In this document: positions 1 to 14,216 of the stretch, one piece after another | Numbering within the stretch: position 1 is the stretch's first letter | Layout: every line of letters starts with the position of its first letter | Source: Eledone cirrhosa | Taxonomy: Eukaryota | Assembly: GCA_964016885.1 (NCBI GenBank) | Contig: OZ024749.1 | Location: 29,140,169 to 29,204,000 of the forward strand | Length of the DNA stretch: 63,832 nt | Reading direction: 5' to 3' | The notes under the pieces: model-generated | The model's database searches: none | Seen by the model: only the letters and a program-made list of their open reading frames with translations | Told to the model about the DNA's origin: nothing | Program-made: the position numbers and the translations under genes

Positions 1-113
1 ATAAATGAAAGATGGGAGTAAGTGAGGGAGAAAGATACCATGAAAGGGGGGGGGGGGGGGAGGGGATCGTTGTCCGAATGTCTACAGGATAGCATGTTGG
101 TCCAATATGGCCA

Positions 114-152
114 CCCCTGAAGAGCCAGGTGAATTTGTGAAACCCCGGTTAG
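114..152 (+). ncRNA. Degenerate hammerhead-ribozyme-like motif
   Basis: CTGAAGA at 117, then GAAAC-CCCG-GTT. Stems I and II pair poorly, so probably decayed. Confidence 0.3.
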
Positions 153-578
153 CTGATAGATGAACTAAATCTACTTTCCACGCATTTATTCTTCATATCA
201 GGTTTTAAAGTATTAATTAAAATCTCATTAATCAACCACACCTCCAGCACACACCACCCTACTACAATCACCACCAGCACCACCCAACTACAACCACTAC
301 AACAACCAGACGCATCACCACTACAGAAACCACCACCACCACCACCACCAGCCAAATTTTAAACTTGTAAAATCCAGTAACACTGTAATTTGCATTTAAA
401 CACAATCATGTGTGTGTGAGAGAGAGGCAGTGTGTGTGTATGTGCGTTACGTATTAGTTCGTATATGAATACATATATACAGACATGCATACATGCATAC
501 ACACACATTGTATAAATATACAAACATGTGTACAAGCATACATACATACATACATACATACATACATACATACATACA

Positions 579-611
<33 letters not shown>

Positions 612-705
612 TCATACATACATACATATATATATATATGTATATATATATAAATATATATATATATATACACATATATATATATACACACACATACTTA
701 CATAG

Positions 706-768
<63 letters not shown>

Positions 769-796
769 CATATATATATATTATTATATATATATA

Positions 797-852
797 AGTC
801 CAGAAATAGCCGTCGAAACGGCTTGAGCTCTGCCGTCGGGGTCATACTTTTT

Positions 853-855
<3 letters not shown>
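797..855 (+). mobile_element. PLE pLTR family A fragment (3' half of an HHR-like motif) in (TA)n
   Basis: AGTCCAGAAATAGCCGTCGAAACGGCTTGAGCTCTGCCGTCGGGGTC. The same family recurs at 11019, 16578, 17716, 40475 and 61899. TA repeats on both sides. Confidence 0.75.
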
Positions 856-889
<34 letters not shown>

Positions 890-1010
890 GCAAGAGACTG
901 AGCAGAAGACACGAAAAACGACAGGAACGGGAAACCGGAACGGAACAAACGGAAACATCCCCACTTATTTCAGAACATAGGAGCTATGTTAATTAATTTA
1001 GAATCACATG

Positions 1011-1130
<120 letters not shown>

Positions 1131-1535
1131 CGATTCCAAATTAATTTATCAATACGTAATTTTAAATATAATCTAAGAAGTTATTTATCACATTACTTGC
1201 GATAGATATGTCCAGCCTCCGACCGCCCTGGGGTGACCCTGGGGTGGTCTTGAGGTGACCCTGGCGCGACCCGGAGGTAATCCTGGGGTGACCCTGAGAA
1301 GGTTGAGCACTAGGTGGAGTAAGATTGCCAAGTTTAAGAAAATTAAGTTTGGTTTTATTTGTTTTCTTCAAAACCATATTTTTATTATAATATAATTTTA
1401 TGATCTCATTACGATGGGTCCACCATTGGTTGCAATAGTGAATATCCAGCTTGTGAATTATCATATACGTGGTTGAATATTCCGCAGACACGTGTAACTT
1501 TGACCTAACTCATTCCCAGGGAGAATCAGAGTAAT

Positions 1536-1639
1536 AATTGTTTCTACTTTAGGCACAAGGCCAGCAAATTACCCAGTGCATTACTGGTACTTTATTTTAT
1601 CGACCCCGTAAGGATGAAAGGCAAAGTCAACCTCGGCAG
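1536..1639 (-). mobile_element. tRNA-derived SINE (octopus OK-like family), 3' part
   Basis: Reverse complement of the TTTGCCTTTCATCCTTACGGGGTCGATAAAATAAAGTACCAG core and the GGCCTTGTGCC..AGTAGAAAC tail shared by many copies in the window. Confidence 0.85.
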
Positions 1640-1824
1640 AGTAATAATGAGGGAGAATGAAAGTAATAATATAGAGTCCCACCGCACCCTAGGCCCAGGG
1701 CCCACCACCCTATCCCACCCTTCTCATTCTTCTGTGACCCTAAAGCCCCTGCCATTCCCTTCCATTTCCGTTTCATAACTACAAAAGACACTTGCATTTT
1801 ATTACAACCATTCTTTAATATCAA

Positions 1825-1995
1825 TTCTAATTTTGAAAAGCACAAGAACTGCGAAACCGGTAAAGGAACCAAATAAATATATTTAAAAAAAAAGACTTCA
1901 GTTGCATTTTCGATTTCATCTTTTTTCCTTATACTTTCACTCGTATAGGACACCTCGTTTTTTTTCATTTTGTAAAAAAAACCCTCACTTTCTAA
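1825..1995 (+). mobile_element. Dispersed repeat family G (probable PLE pLTR 3' end)
   Basis: AAGAACTGCGAAACCGGTAAAGGAAC...GACTTCAGTTGCATTTTCGA recurs at about 9210-9298, with an inverted piece at about 9008-9112. GAAAC-CG-GTA resembles a minimal HHR stem III. Ends at microsatellite. Confidence 0.55.
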
Positions 1996-2007
1996 TAATA
2001 ATAATAA

Positions 2008-2176
<169 letters not shown>

Positions 2177-2263
2177 AATATGAATGGGCCTGTTATTTTT
2201 ATCTAAAGACATTTTTCCAATTCCAACCCGCTCGTCCCTCAATCTATCTTATTTCTCATTCTT

Positions 2264-2299
2264 TCTTCTGATGAAGGACTAGCGTCCGAAACGTTAAGA
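2264..2299 (+). ncRNA. Minimal type-I hammerhead ribozyme (family B)
   Basis: TCTT-CTGATGA-A-GGAC tagc GTCC-GAAA-CGTT-AAGA: intact core, 4-bp stem II, palindromic ACGT stem III, stem I TCTT/AAGA. Lies in a ~210-bp TA-flanked repeat also found near 41810. Confidence 0.8.
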
Positions 2300-2424
2300 C
2301 CCCCTTCCTACTATATCAAGCGTTAACCTAATATATCCATTCCATATACTGTACCAGTTGTGTTGTTATTTCTGTTTACCTTTTACATATATATATATAT
2401 ACACACACACATATATATATATAT

Positions 2425-2948
<524 letters not shown>

Positions 2949-2955
2949 TATATAC

Positions 2956-3093
<138 letters not shown>

Positions 3094-3232
3094 GACAAGA
3101 CTGGACCTTTGAAGGTGCAGCTACAATTTGTGGTTGAATATTCCACACAGACACGTGTATCTTTAACATAAATCTTCTCACACAGAATCAGTATGTCAAA
3201 AGATGATATATGACAAGGCTGAACCTTCTAAT

Positions 3233-3295
3233 TGGGTTCGATGGCGGTGGCGAGATGTGTCTGCGAGCAAAACACTTTATTTCATATTGCTCCAG
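3233..3295 (+). mobile_element. CORE-type SINE fragment (OR-like)
   Basis: GGGTTCGAT B-box remnant, then TGTGTCTGCGAGCAAAACACTTTATTTCA, similar to the copy at 42743. Confidence 0.5.
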
Positions 3296-3508
3296 ACAAA
3301 TATGAATTGTATCAGTAATTCGAAGAGCCTGCCTTGTCACATTCTGTGTCACGATGAATCCCCTGCAGCCTTTGATATCAATAATATTTTACTGGAGTGG
3401 GACATGTTCACTAAAATATGAATGTGGTGGGAAGAATGTTCTGAAAACGTTCGCCAGGTGATGCTACAAAGGTAAACATAGCCAGGGATAGTATTGAACG
3501 AAACCTAT

Positions 3509-3586
<78 letters not shown>

Positions 3587-3635
3587 TTTACTCGTTGAAA
3601 CCCAACAATTTTAAATAAAACTTTTGCATATATAT

Positions 3636-3666
<31 letters not shown>

Positions 3667-3797
3667 GCAAAAGTTTTATTTAAAATTGTTGGGTTTCAAC
3701 GAGTAAATATTTTATAACTGATATAAAAGCACTCAACAGGTTTTGGAGTATTTTACGATATTAAACAAATGGAAACTACATTTATAAAACCATATTT

Positions 3798-3861
3798 ATT
3801 TCATTATATATATTTCAGGGATATCATATTAAAAATATGGTATGCCCTCTTCAGACAAAAT
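3798..3861 (-). ncRNA. Minimal hammerhead ribozyme (family D)
   Basis: Reverse complement reads ATTTTGT-CTGAAGA-GGGCATACCATATT ttt AATATGATATCCCT-GAAA-T ATAT A-TA-ATGAAAT. Lies in a repeat spanning about 3666-3930. Confidence 0.8.
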
Positions 3862-3928
3862 ACAATATATAGACAGTTTTATAAATAAATTTGACATACC
3901 TTAGAATTTACAACTTCCATTTAAAAAG

Positions 3929-4390
<462 letters not shown>

Positions 4391-4696
4391 TATATATACC
4401 ATATATATATATTTACAATATATCATATACACATATGTATATAATATATATTTATTATAATAGATGCATATTTAAACACACCCCAACCCCACATATATAG
4501 CACACACACACACATATATATATATATAGTAATAATAATAAATTTGAAGACTAAAATCCAATATTTTTATGCATAATAGGGTGTGTTTAAATATCCATCT
4601 ATTATAATAAATATATAATATATACATATGTGTATATGATATATGGTAAATATATATATATGGTATATATATGATATAAATATATATATATATATC

Positions 4697-4732
<36 letters not shown>

Positions 4733-4845
4733 TCGATAAGGATATATATCAAATATATAAGAACCGTAGAATCCCCAAATAACCACAGTGAATAAGGTAC
4801 TCAATACATTAGTTGAGTGAAAACATATATTTTATATATATCTAT

Positions 4846-4934
<89 letters not shown>

Positions 4935-4938
<4 letters not shown>

Positions 4939-5098
4939 ATATATTAATAAATGGAAACTATATTTATAAAACCATATTTATCTTATCTATAGTTTTAAAT
5001 ATAGTTTCCATTTATTAATATATTGTATATTTACTCCACTAATTTGTTGAGTGCTTTATATCAGTTATAAAATTTTTAAAATTAAATATAACCTCTGC
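4935..5098 (+). mobile_element. Family D pLTR 3' end with fold-back palindrome
   Basis: ATTAATAAATGGAAACTATATTTA...TAAATATAGTTTCCATTTATTAAT, then the family D tail ending TGCA(TA)n. Confidence 0.7.
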
Positions 5099-5243
5099 AT
5101 ATATATATATATATATATATACACATACATACATACATATGTATATGTATACATACATATATATATATGTACGTGTGTGCGTGTATAATATTTAAACATA
5201 AATATATATATATATATATACATTTTATAATTATACAGACATA

Positions 5244-5326
<83 letters not shown>

Positions 5327-5390
5327 TTGTGTGTGTGTGTGTATCTATTATATAGATATATAATAGATATATTTAAAGTATATTATATAT

Positions 5391-5508
5391 ATCTGAGTTC
5401 AAATCCCGCCGAGGTTAACTTTGCCTTTCATCCTTACGGGGTCGATAAAATAAAGTACCAGTAATACACTGGGTAATTTCTGGCCTTGTGCCAAAAGTAG
5501 AAACAATT
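5391..5508 (+). mobile_element. tRNA-derived SINE (OK-like), 5'-truncated
   Basis: B box GAGTTCAAATCC, conserved core and tail. Confidence 0.85.
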
Positions 5509-5787
5509 GTATATATATAATACGTATATTGTATATTATATGTATATAATATATATTATGCATAAAAACATTATATACATTATATATATGACATATATAT
5601 ATATAACATATATATATATATATAATATATATATATATATACGATATATTGATAAATGGAAACTATATTTATAAAACCATATATATATATATATAAAAAT
5701 ATGTATACATACATATATACATATATGTATATATGTACATAAGTATAAATATATACATATAAATAAACATGTATATATATAATAATA

Positions 5788-5997
5788 ATGAAATTATTGC
5801 GTACAGTGCTCAGGTGCACTACTTGTCAAAGGTGCATGTATAGTACATAGAATAATATACAAATGTCAGGGAAGTGAATAGTGTATAAGTCATGATATAC
5901 ATGTGTGCGTGTGTATGGAGGGGGAATATTAGGTTTAGCGTTGGCGAATCTCAGGAAGCATGGAGGTTTTAAAGGATGCAGTGTTTCGACAGCTAAC

Positions 5998-6000
<3 letters not shown>
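5788..6000 (-). mobile_element. CR1-like LINE 3' end
   Basis: Minus strand encodes [20 protein letters not shown], then a 3' UTR and ATT-repeat tail. Same family at 39863-40218. Clade assignment is by resemblance only. Confidence 0.6.
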
Positions 6001-6039
<39 letters not shown>

Positions 6040-6172
6040 AAACATAAATTATCGAGATTCGCATTTCGGCCCACGAAACAACGAAAAACAACCCCCGAGA
6101 TGTGAGGCATATATATATATATATATATGCCTCACATCTCGGGGGTTGTTTTTCGTTGTTTCGTGGGCCGAA

Positions 6173-6323
<151 letters not shown>

Positions 6324-6402
6324 TATACATATAAATATATAACTACATATATATATGCATATATAGAAATGTATATATATATACATATATACATATACAT
6401 TC

Positions 6403-6467
<65 letters not shown>

Positions 6468-6477
6468 GTATATATAT

Positions 6478-6551
<74 letters not shown>

Positions 6552-6629
6552 AGTGGAAGTTTAGTAAAATCGAAGTTTTGGCATTGGCCAAGCTAACGTA
6601 TATATATATATATATATATACGTATATAA

Positions 6630-6698
<69 letters not shown>

Positions 6699-6759
6699 CA
6701 TATATATATATATATATATATGTGTGTTTGTGTGTGTTTGTGCGTATGTATGTATATAC

Positions 6760-7010
6760 GTTGTCAAGTTGCTTTCGAGCGCTACTGGTAACATGTAACC
6801 CTGTACAACCTGTCAGAAGGTTGGGTCGTCGGCAATTAAACCGGGAATCTCACAAAGCTTGATAGGTGACGAGCGTGATTCTTGGACACCCTACGGGATG
6901 AAAAACTAAACTCGGGTGAGTCAACGGCCATCCAATACTCAGTATAAAAAGCAGGTATACACAGCTTATTAGCCTTGGTTGGCAGTTTGCTTTGGAGAGG
7001 CATCATGATT
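6760..7010 (+). mobile_element. Possible degenerate RTE-like 5' UTR fragment
   Basis: GC-richer island. GCCTTGGTTGGCAGTTTGCTTTGGAGAGG resembles RTE 5' UTR motifs; recognition is from memory only. Confidence 0.25.
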
Positions 7011-7604
7011 TCGGGAGCGGGATAGATGGTAGTATACCTTAGTCAGCTTGGGACAACCTTTCAACTGGCCAATGGCTTCCTTCCTGTGATGAGTGCGGAT
7101 GAACTACAGTTTAGTAGCCAGATTTTGCGTAATGGTTGGACAAGGATTCGGGAGATTTTTTCCGGGTGAGAATCGATGATCGTTTATGCAATTGCCCGTG
7201 GTGCCCGACTCTCAGAATAATAGCAATGAGACCAGACCTAACAAGAACCCCCCTCCACACACACAAACACACACACACACACACACATATAAAGATGGCG
7301 TAGAAAATACAATGCAACGGGAGGAAATAATAGCACCACTGACGATGTTGCAGATGTGCAACGAAAGAACTTTGATAAACTATATATATATATGTGTATG
7401 TGTCTATATTGTATCTGTATTTTTGACCGTTGGTCAGTCAATGGCAACATTGAGGACCGAATAAATTAGATTACCAATATAAAGGACACAGAAGCGAAAA
7501 GCGAAAACCAACCAAACTGTGAGTGTGTTATGTTATTAATTCTGGCAATATTACACAAATATGACCCTCCCCAAGTATAACAATATATATATATATATAT
7601 ATAT

Positions 7605-7758
7605 GTTTATCCCGGGTTCAATCGGGGGTAACCACAGTAAGTAAGGTACTCAATACATAGCAGAGTATAAATATTTAATATAGAAATGCTTTCCGCAAGG
7701 CTAGAACATTTTCATTCGAATGAAACAGTTCTAGTCCTGTAGAACCCATTTCTATACT
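7605..7758 (-). mobile_element. PLE pLTR family C with fold-back centred on TTCATTCGAATGAA
   Basis: Shares AACCACAGTAAGTAAGGTACTCAATAC and GAATGAAACAGTTCTAGTCCTGTAG with 14861-15353 and 9852-9965. Confidence 0.7.
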
Positions 7759-7760
7759 AA

Positions 7761-7878
<118 letters not shown>

Positions 7879-8361
7879 AGTCCGGCTTCAATGTTTCTTT
7901 TTCTTTTTCTTCGTTTGAGTTTTGCATTTTTTGTAGAGAACTTGTTAGATAACTAAATAAATAGACAGAGAAACAAGATCGTAAATAAAGAGATGTGGAG
8001 ATGTGGTTCTATAGACAAGGATTTCCATAATAATCTTACTGAATACAAATAGGGATTGACTTAAGTGTCTGCTATAGCTATAGCTTAGAGCCACATAACT
8101 TCGGGGACCTTACGGTAGCCAGGGCTCTATTTTGTATAAGCTAAATAAGCTATAACTTAGAGCCACCCGCCCTCAGGGGATTCATTTTTTAAGAATATAT
8201 TTTCATTTTATCATTAGTTTTATTCTTTAACACACACACAGACACACACACACACACACATATGTATATATATATATATGTATGTATATGTATATATATG
8301 TATATATATATGTATATATATATATATATATGTCTGTATGTATATGTATATATATATGTAT

Positions 8362-8412
<51 letters not shown>

Positions 8413-8416
<4 letters not shown>

Positions 8417-8462
8417 CAATCTGCATACTGAGGTGTCGGCAAACAACCAACATATACTCAAA

Positions 8463-8464
<2 letters not shown>
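8413..8464 (-). mobile_element. Short dispersed repeat family H in (TA)n
   Basis: CTGCATACTGAGGTGT.GG.AAACAACCAACATATACTCAAAAT recurs at about 41728-41771, at one end of an insert carrying a decayed HHR (41594). Confidence 0.6.
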
Positions 8465-8520
<56 letters not shown>

Positions 8521-8665
8521 CTTTCACCGTATTTTTGACTAAAGGAATGTTAGCCTGATAATGGGGTTTAGAACCCTCAGATAAAATTCCTTTAGTCAAA
8601 AATACGGTAAAAGCTATTCTATTTTCTTATTTTAAACCTGCTCACTGTTTCAAAACATACTTACT

Positions 8666-8731
<66 letters not shown>

Positions 8732-8750
8732 TATATATATATAAGTAAGT

Positions 8751-8974
<224 letters not shown>

Positions 8975-9330
8975 TATTGATATAGATGTATAGATATATA
9001 TGTATAAGAAAATGAGTTTTTTTTTAGATGAAAAAAAAAAACGAGATGTTCTACACGGGTGAAAATATAAGGAAAAGAAATTGAAAATACAACTGGAGTC
9101 TTTTTAAGAATACCTATTTGATATATATATATATATATATATACATATATAAGGGAAAAAAATCGAAAATACGACAACTGCGAGACAAATAGCAAACGGT
9201 CCATCCCAATTCTACTTTTGAAAAACATAAGAACTGTGAAACCGGTAAAGGAAACAAATAAATATTCTTAAAAAGACTCCAGTTGCATTTTCGAATTCTT
9301 ATATACATATATGTATATATATATATATAT

Positions 9331-9544
9331 AAAAAAGACGTAAAATAAGAAAATTTAAAAAAAAATTTTTCAAAATTAACTTACTTACTTAAATTGGAGT
9401 GAAAATTTAAGTAAGTAAGTTAATCTTTTATATTATTGTTCTGCATCCTCCTGCATTGAACCACCTAGGTACTATGACATAACCTGTGTATTTGCTGGCA
9501 TTGGCGTACATCTGTGCGCTTATGTTAGTAGATATATTAAATTA

Positions 9545-9546
<2 letters not shown>
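9331..9546 (+). mobile_element. Family F copy
   Basis: Homologous to 4026-4250, with a partial inverted head. Confidence 0.7.
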
Positions 9547-9597
<51 letters not shown>

Positions 9598-9598
9598 G

Positions 9599-9631
<33 letters not shown>

Positions 9632-9790
9632 TTGTATTTACCACATCTTACGTGGAGCCGCCCGCATTCCGAATAATGTATAGTGTACAATTTTGGCGTG
9701 TCCCCACATTCAGATCGTGTCTCATTTAGTGCATAATGTGAGCAGCTGGGGGGGGGGGGGGGGGGGGGCTTAATGATTCCTATAGCTTCG

Positions 9791-9841
<51 letters not shown>

Positions 9842-9851
9842 AACATATATT

Positions 9852-9965
9852 TTGAATGAAACAGTTCTAGTTCTGTTGAAGCTATTTCTATAGTAATCAT
9901 GATGTTAACACTCAACTGACGTATTGAGTACCTTACTGTGGTTAACTCCGATTGAACCTGGAACA
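9852..9965 (+). mobile_element. Family C pLTR 3' end
   Basis: GAATGAAACAGTTCTAG...GTATTGAGTACCTTACTGTGGTTA. Confidence 0.65.
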
Positions 9966-9983
9966 CACACACTATCCCCCCCC

Positions 9984-10022
<39 letters not shown>

Positions 10023-10071
10023 TATACATATACATACATACATATATATATATATATATTTATATATATAC

Positions 10072-10221
<150 letters not shown>

Positions 10222-10226
10222 ATATG

Positions 10227-10278
<52 letters not shown>

Positions 10279-10290
10279 TATATGTGTGTA

Positions 10291-10343
<53 letters not shown>

Positions 10344-10356
10344 AATATAGAAGAGC

Positions 10357-10401
10357 TTCTACAGGACTAGAACTGTTTCATTCGTGAGAAATCATCAGGG
10401 A
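10357..10401 (-). ncRNA. Hammerhead ribozyme (family C)
   Basis: Reverse complement reads CTGATGA-T TTC tcac GAA T-GAAA-CAG ttctagtc CTG-TA-GAA, with a GUA cleavage triplet. Stem I is weak in this copy. Confidence 0.7.
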
Positions 10402-10513
10402 TACATTTGTATTGAGAAAATACGGTTTGAAAAATGCAATCACAGACATTTTGATTATTCAGAAGGTTTCTGTATTAATGTGCCAAGAAACTTTATATAT
10501 ATATATGAGCGTG

Positions 10514-10574
<61 letters not shown>

Positions 10575-10682
10575 TATATTATATATATATGCATATGTAT
10601 GATATTCATATATATATATATATATATATAGAGATACAATACGATATTAACAAATGGAAACTATATTTATAAAACCATATTT

Positions 10683-10745
10683 ATTTCATTATACATATTT
10701 CAAGGACACCAAGTTAAATTATGGTGTGCTTTCATCAGATAAAAT
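10683..10745 (-). ncRNA. Minimal hammerhead ribozyme (family D)
   Basis: Reverse complement reads ATTTTAT-CTGATGA-AAGCACACCA taatttaact TGGTGTCCTT-GAAA-TATGTATA-ATGAAAT. Confidence 0.8.
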
Positions 10746-10949
10746 ATAATATAGAGCAGTTTTATAAATAAATATTGACATACCCTTAAAGAATGCAACC
10801 ATTACTGTTGGAAGCTCCCGGATAGTGGGGTTATAACTTTAATTATATTATTAGGTAAGTTAGTATTGAATATTTTTAAATAAGCCGTTGGGTTACGGAG
10901 AAAGAGAAAGAGAAAGAGCAGAACAACAGAGAGAAAAAGATATATATTA

Positions 10950-11018
<69 letters not shown>

Positions 11019-11022
<4 letters not shown>

Positions 11023-11154
11023 AACCAGTAAGACCCCGACGGATGAGCTCAAGCCGTCGGGGTCTTACTGGTTCCTATTACCCACTCTACTACCCTAAGT
11101 ATTGAGTACTTTGGTGCGTTATGGTCCATTTGGTTCCTTATCACATTTCCTTCG

Positions 11155-11156
<2 letters not shown>
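11019..11156 (+). mobile_element. PLE pLTR family A, fold-back centred on GAGCTC
   Basis: TAGGAACCAGTAAGACCCCGACGG / CCGTCGGGGTCTTACTGGTTCCTA inverted arms, then the family A tail ending TTCGTT(AT)n. Confidence 0.8.
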
Positions 11157-11200
<44 letters not shown>

Positions 11201-11597
11201 TAATATAAAGTTTGGGCGACCATGGCTTTCGGGGTCTAATTATGGCCACCACTGTATAATGGAGGAGGCACATAGTTTTGCGCTTTTTGGCAAGAATATT
11301 ACTTAGCTTGAATTAAATTGCTTCAACGCTGCATTTTTTACTTTGAAAAATAGTAAGACTATTTGGGTACATAATTAAAGACGGAAAACGGTGGAGAGAG
11401 AGGTTACAGGATGTGTATGTATGTATGAATGTATGTATGGATGTATGTATGTATTCATGTGTGTATGTATATATGTATTCATGTGTGTATGTATATATAC
11501 ATATATTCAAGTATGTATGTATGTATGTATGTATGTATGTATGTATGTATGTATGTATGTATTCATGTGTGTATATATATGTATGTATTCATCTATG

Positions 11598-13662
11598 TAT
11601 TGTCTTCTGGTTTTATAATTTCACAAAGTTTTACCAATAGAGAGAGAGTCGGTTTCTAACATAGACACATGACTCTCTCATTGGAATTTACACAACATCA
11701 ACTAGGTAGATATGTATGTATGCATGCATGTATAGATATGGATGTTATTGTATGTGTGGATGTGTATGTTTTGAGTTGTATCTGTACATGTGTATATGCA
11801 GTTATTAGATGCAAAATTTTTGGAATGTTTTACATATTTTTACTGTTCCATTAATGGATTGTACTTGTAGTTTCCTAACTAGTTGTGTTCTTTCTGTCCC
11901 TGTGAAGCCTAGCTTCTCAAGATTTGTATTGAGGTAGTTACTAACATATCCCAGTGCCCCAATAATCACAGGCATAAATCTGAAGGTGTAATCAGGGTGG
12001 AGTATCTGCAGATTTCTCATCAGTTCTGCATAAATATTCTCCTTTTCACTAATCTTTGATATTATATTGGCATCTGCTGGGCAGCTAATTTCCACTACTG
12101 TGGATGTTTTCTTCTCCCTGTCCCATATCATAATATCTGGTCTGTTATGCCTGCATTTTATTGGGGTTTATACTGGAACATTCAACCAGTACTCTTTCAT
12201 ATTATGTACATGGATGTCTTCCACATTGTTGAAGCTTTTAATGTGTTTATTATCGGGGCTATCTTTTTTACGAACTGCATTGTACAGTGTTTTGGCCACT
12301 ACATCACGCCTCATAGGTAGATAGTACCGCGATGACATCTTTGGACAGCTGCTGATGACATGGGTGATATCCTCGATGTTAGTTCTGCAGAGCCTGCACT
12401 TGTTATCACATCTAGGTGTTTTGTCTGCATCCCTACCTCTTTTTGTGAATCAGGTATTTCGTGCTAATCTCCTATTCCTGGATTGCAAAAGCGTATCCTT
12501 CAAAATGGGAGCCAATATAGCGGTTGTTGGTCCAAGATAGACTACTTTCCTTATCTATATTACCCTCACTCTGGAGCTTCCTGGCAACATATCCATGCAT
12601 GATTTTTTGCTGATAGGCTTGCAGTTTTTCATCCATGGATTCATTGCGATACTGCTGGGTGACATCCCTGGGTGTGAGTTTTTGATTATCACACAGGTAA
12701 TATCTCTCAAGGAGTTCCTTCCCAACTCTCGTGATCTTATCTGTTTCATGCAGATAGACTTGCTCGAGAAACGGACTCCTACGTTTCGAGGTTCGTAGAT
12801 GTTGTCGGAGAGATATGATGCGACATTCAAATGTTGTCTGGACTGATGTTAGGCCTCTGCCTCCCTGCTTACGTTTCAAGTAAAGGCGGTCTATGTCACT
12901 GTTGATGTGGAAGTTTCCGGTGTTGTTCAGTATTTTTCGAGTTCCAACATCAACTGCTCGGATTTCGTCTATCGTCCAATTGAGTATTCCAAACGTTGGT
13001 GTTAGGACAGGCACAGCAAACACATTGTGAGCCACTGTTTTGTTTTGCGCAGAGAGTTCCGATAACCAGATCTTTCTTAATCGGGTGTAGTATTCCCTGG
13101 TTACGCGTTCCTTATTACAGATACCATTATAGGATATGTTTTCATCTATTCCCAGGTATCTGTAGCAGTCCTCGTCAGATATCGGTGAAACAGTTAGGCC
13201 ATTGATGACAATGTTGCTAGATTGGGATGTTGTTTTACCCCGCTTTACAGTCATGTATGAGCATTTATCTTGGCCAAACTCCATTCCTATATCCTTTGAG
13301 AATGTTGTAACCAGGTCAAGATTTTTCCTCATCCCATCCATGTTCTTGGCATAGAGTTTCAGATCGTCCACAAAGAAATTATGGGTTAGGTTCGTATTTC
13401 TGTCCTCCTGTGAGCTAATGATGTATCCCTCACATTTCTTGAGCAGAAAGGACAAGGGGTTTAATGACAAGATGAATAATATCACAGAGAGACTGTCCCC
13501 CTGAAATATCCCCCTGCAATATTTTATTTTATCAGTGAAAATAGAGTCCTCCCTCTCTGTCTTTAACCTTAGGATAGTAGCCAAGAAGAAGACAGCCTCT
13601 CTATAGCTCTGACAATAATGTCTGGGACTTTAGCAAGTTGAAGGGCCTCAATCATCCAAGAG
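11598..13662 (-). mobile_element. R4/Dong-like RLE non-LTR retrotransposon, 5'-truncated and inactivated
   Basis: RT motifs RGIFQGDSLS and FVDDLKLY (ORF 12472-13584). Reading through the TAG at 12472 gives a CCHC finger (CRLC...THVISSC). After a second in-frame stop comes the RLE motif RPDIMIWD...VEISCP...K (ORF 11805-12131). Flanked by (TATG)n on both sides. Confidence 0.9.
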
Positions 13663-13692
13663 TGTATGTATGTATGTATGTATGTATGTATG

Positions 13693-14216
13693 TTTTCTCT
13701 TTCTCTTAATTTCGAGTATATTTTTTTGACCGGCCACCTTCCTGGTGGCAAGGTTGTAAAAGAAAAGAAATTGTCATCCCTTGAATCGCAAGAATGTTTT
13801 GCAAATTTTGAAGGTGCCAGCTATCGCAGCCATTTGTAGACTATGAATTAGGGAGCTGCGCTTTTTGTCCACAAATCCAAGTTCAGTCATACTTTGGTCC
13901 AAGCGGGTTGGTATATAACCCGTAGCACCAATAATGATGGGTATGAAGCTAAAGGTGTATCTTGGATACTGGATTTGTAAATTCCTCATCAATGGTCCGT
14001 AGATGTCCTCCTTCTCCTGTATTTTTCTGACAACGTTTACATCAAGTGGGCAGCTGATCTCCACAACAGAACACGTTTTCAATGTATGGTCCCAAACTAC
14101 AATATCAGGCCGGTTGTGCTTTAATTTGGTGGCAGTTTTTATTTTCAGGTTCCACCAGTATTCCTTAGTGCCATCTGTCTCAATATATTCTTCCTCGTTT
14201 GTTGTTAATTTTGTTT
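13693..14216 (-). mobile_element. R4/Dong-like RLE LINE 3' fragment (second family)
   Basis: HNRPDIVVWD...VEISCPLD...EKEDIY RLE domain, stop at 13774, short 3' UTR. (TATG)n on both sides. Confidence 0.85.
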
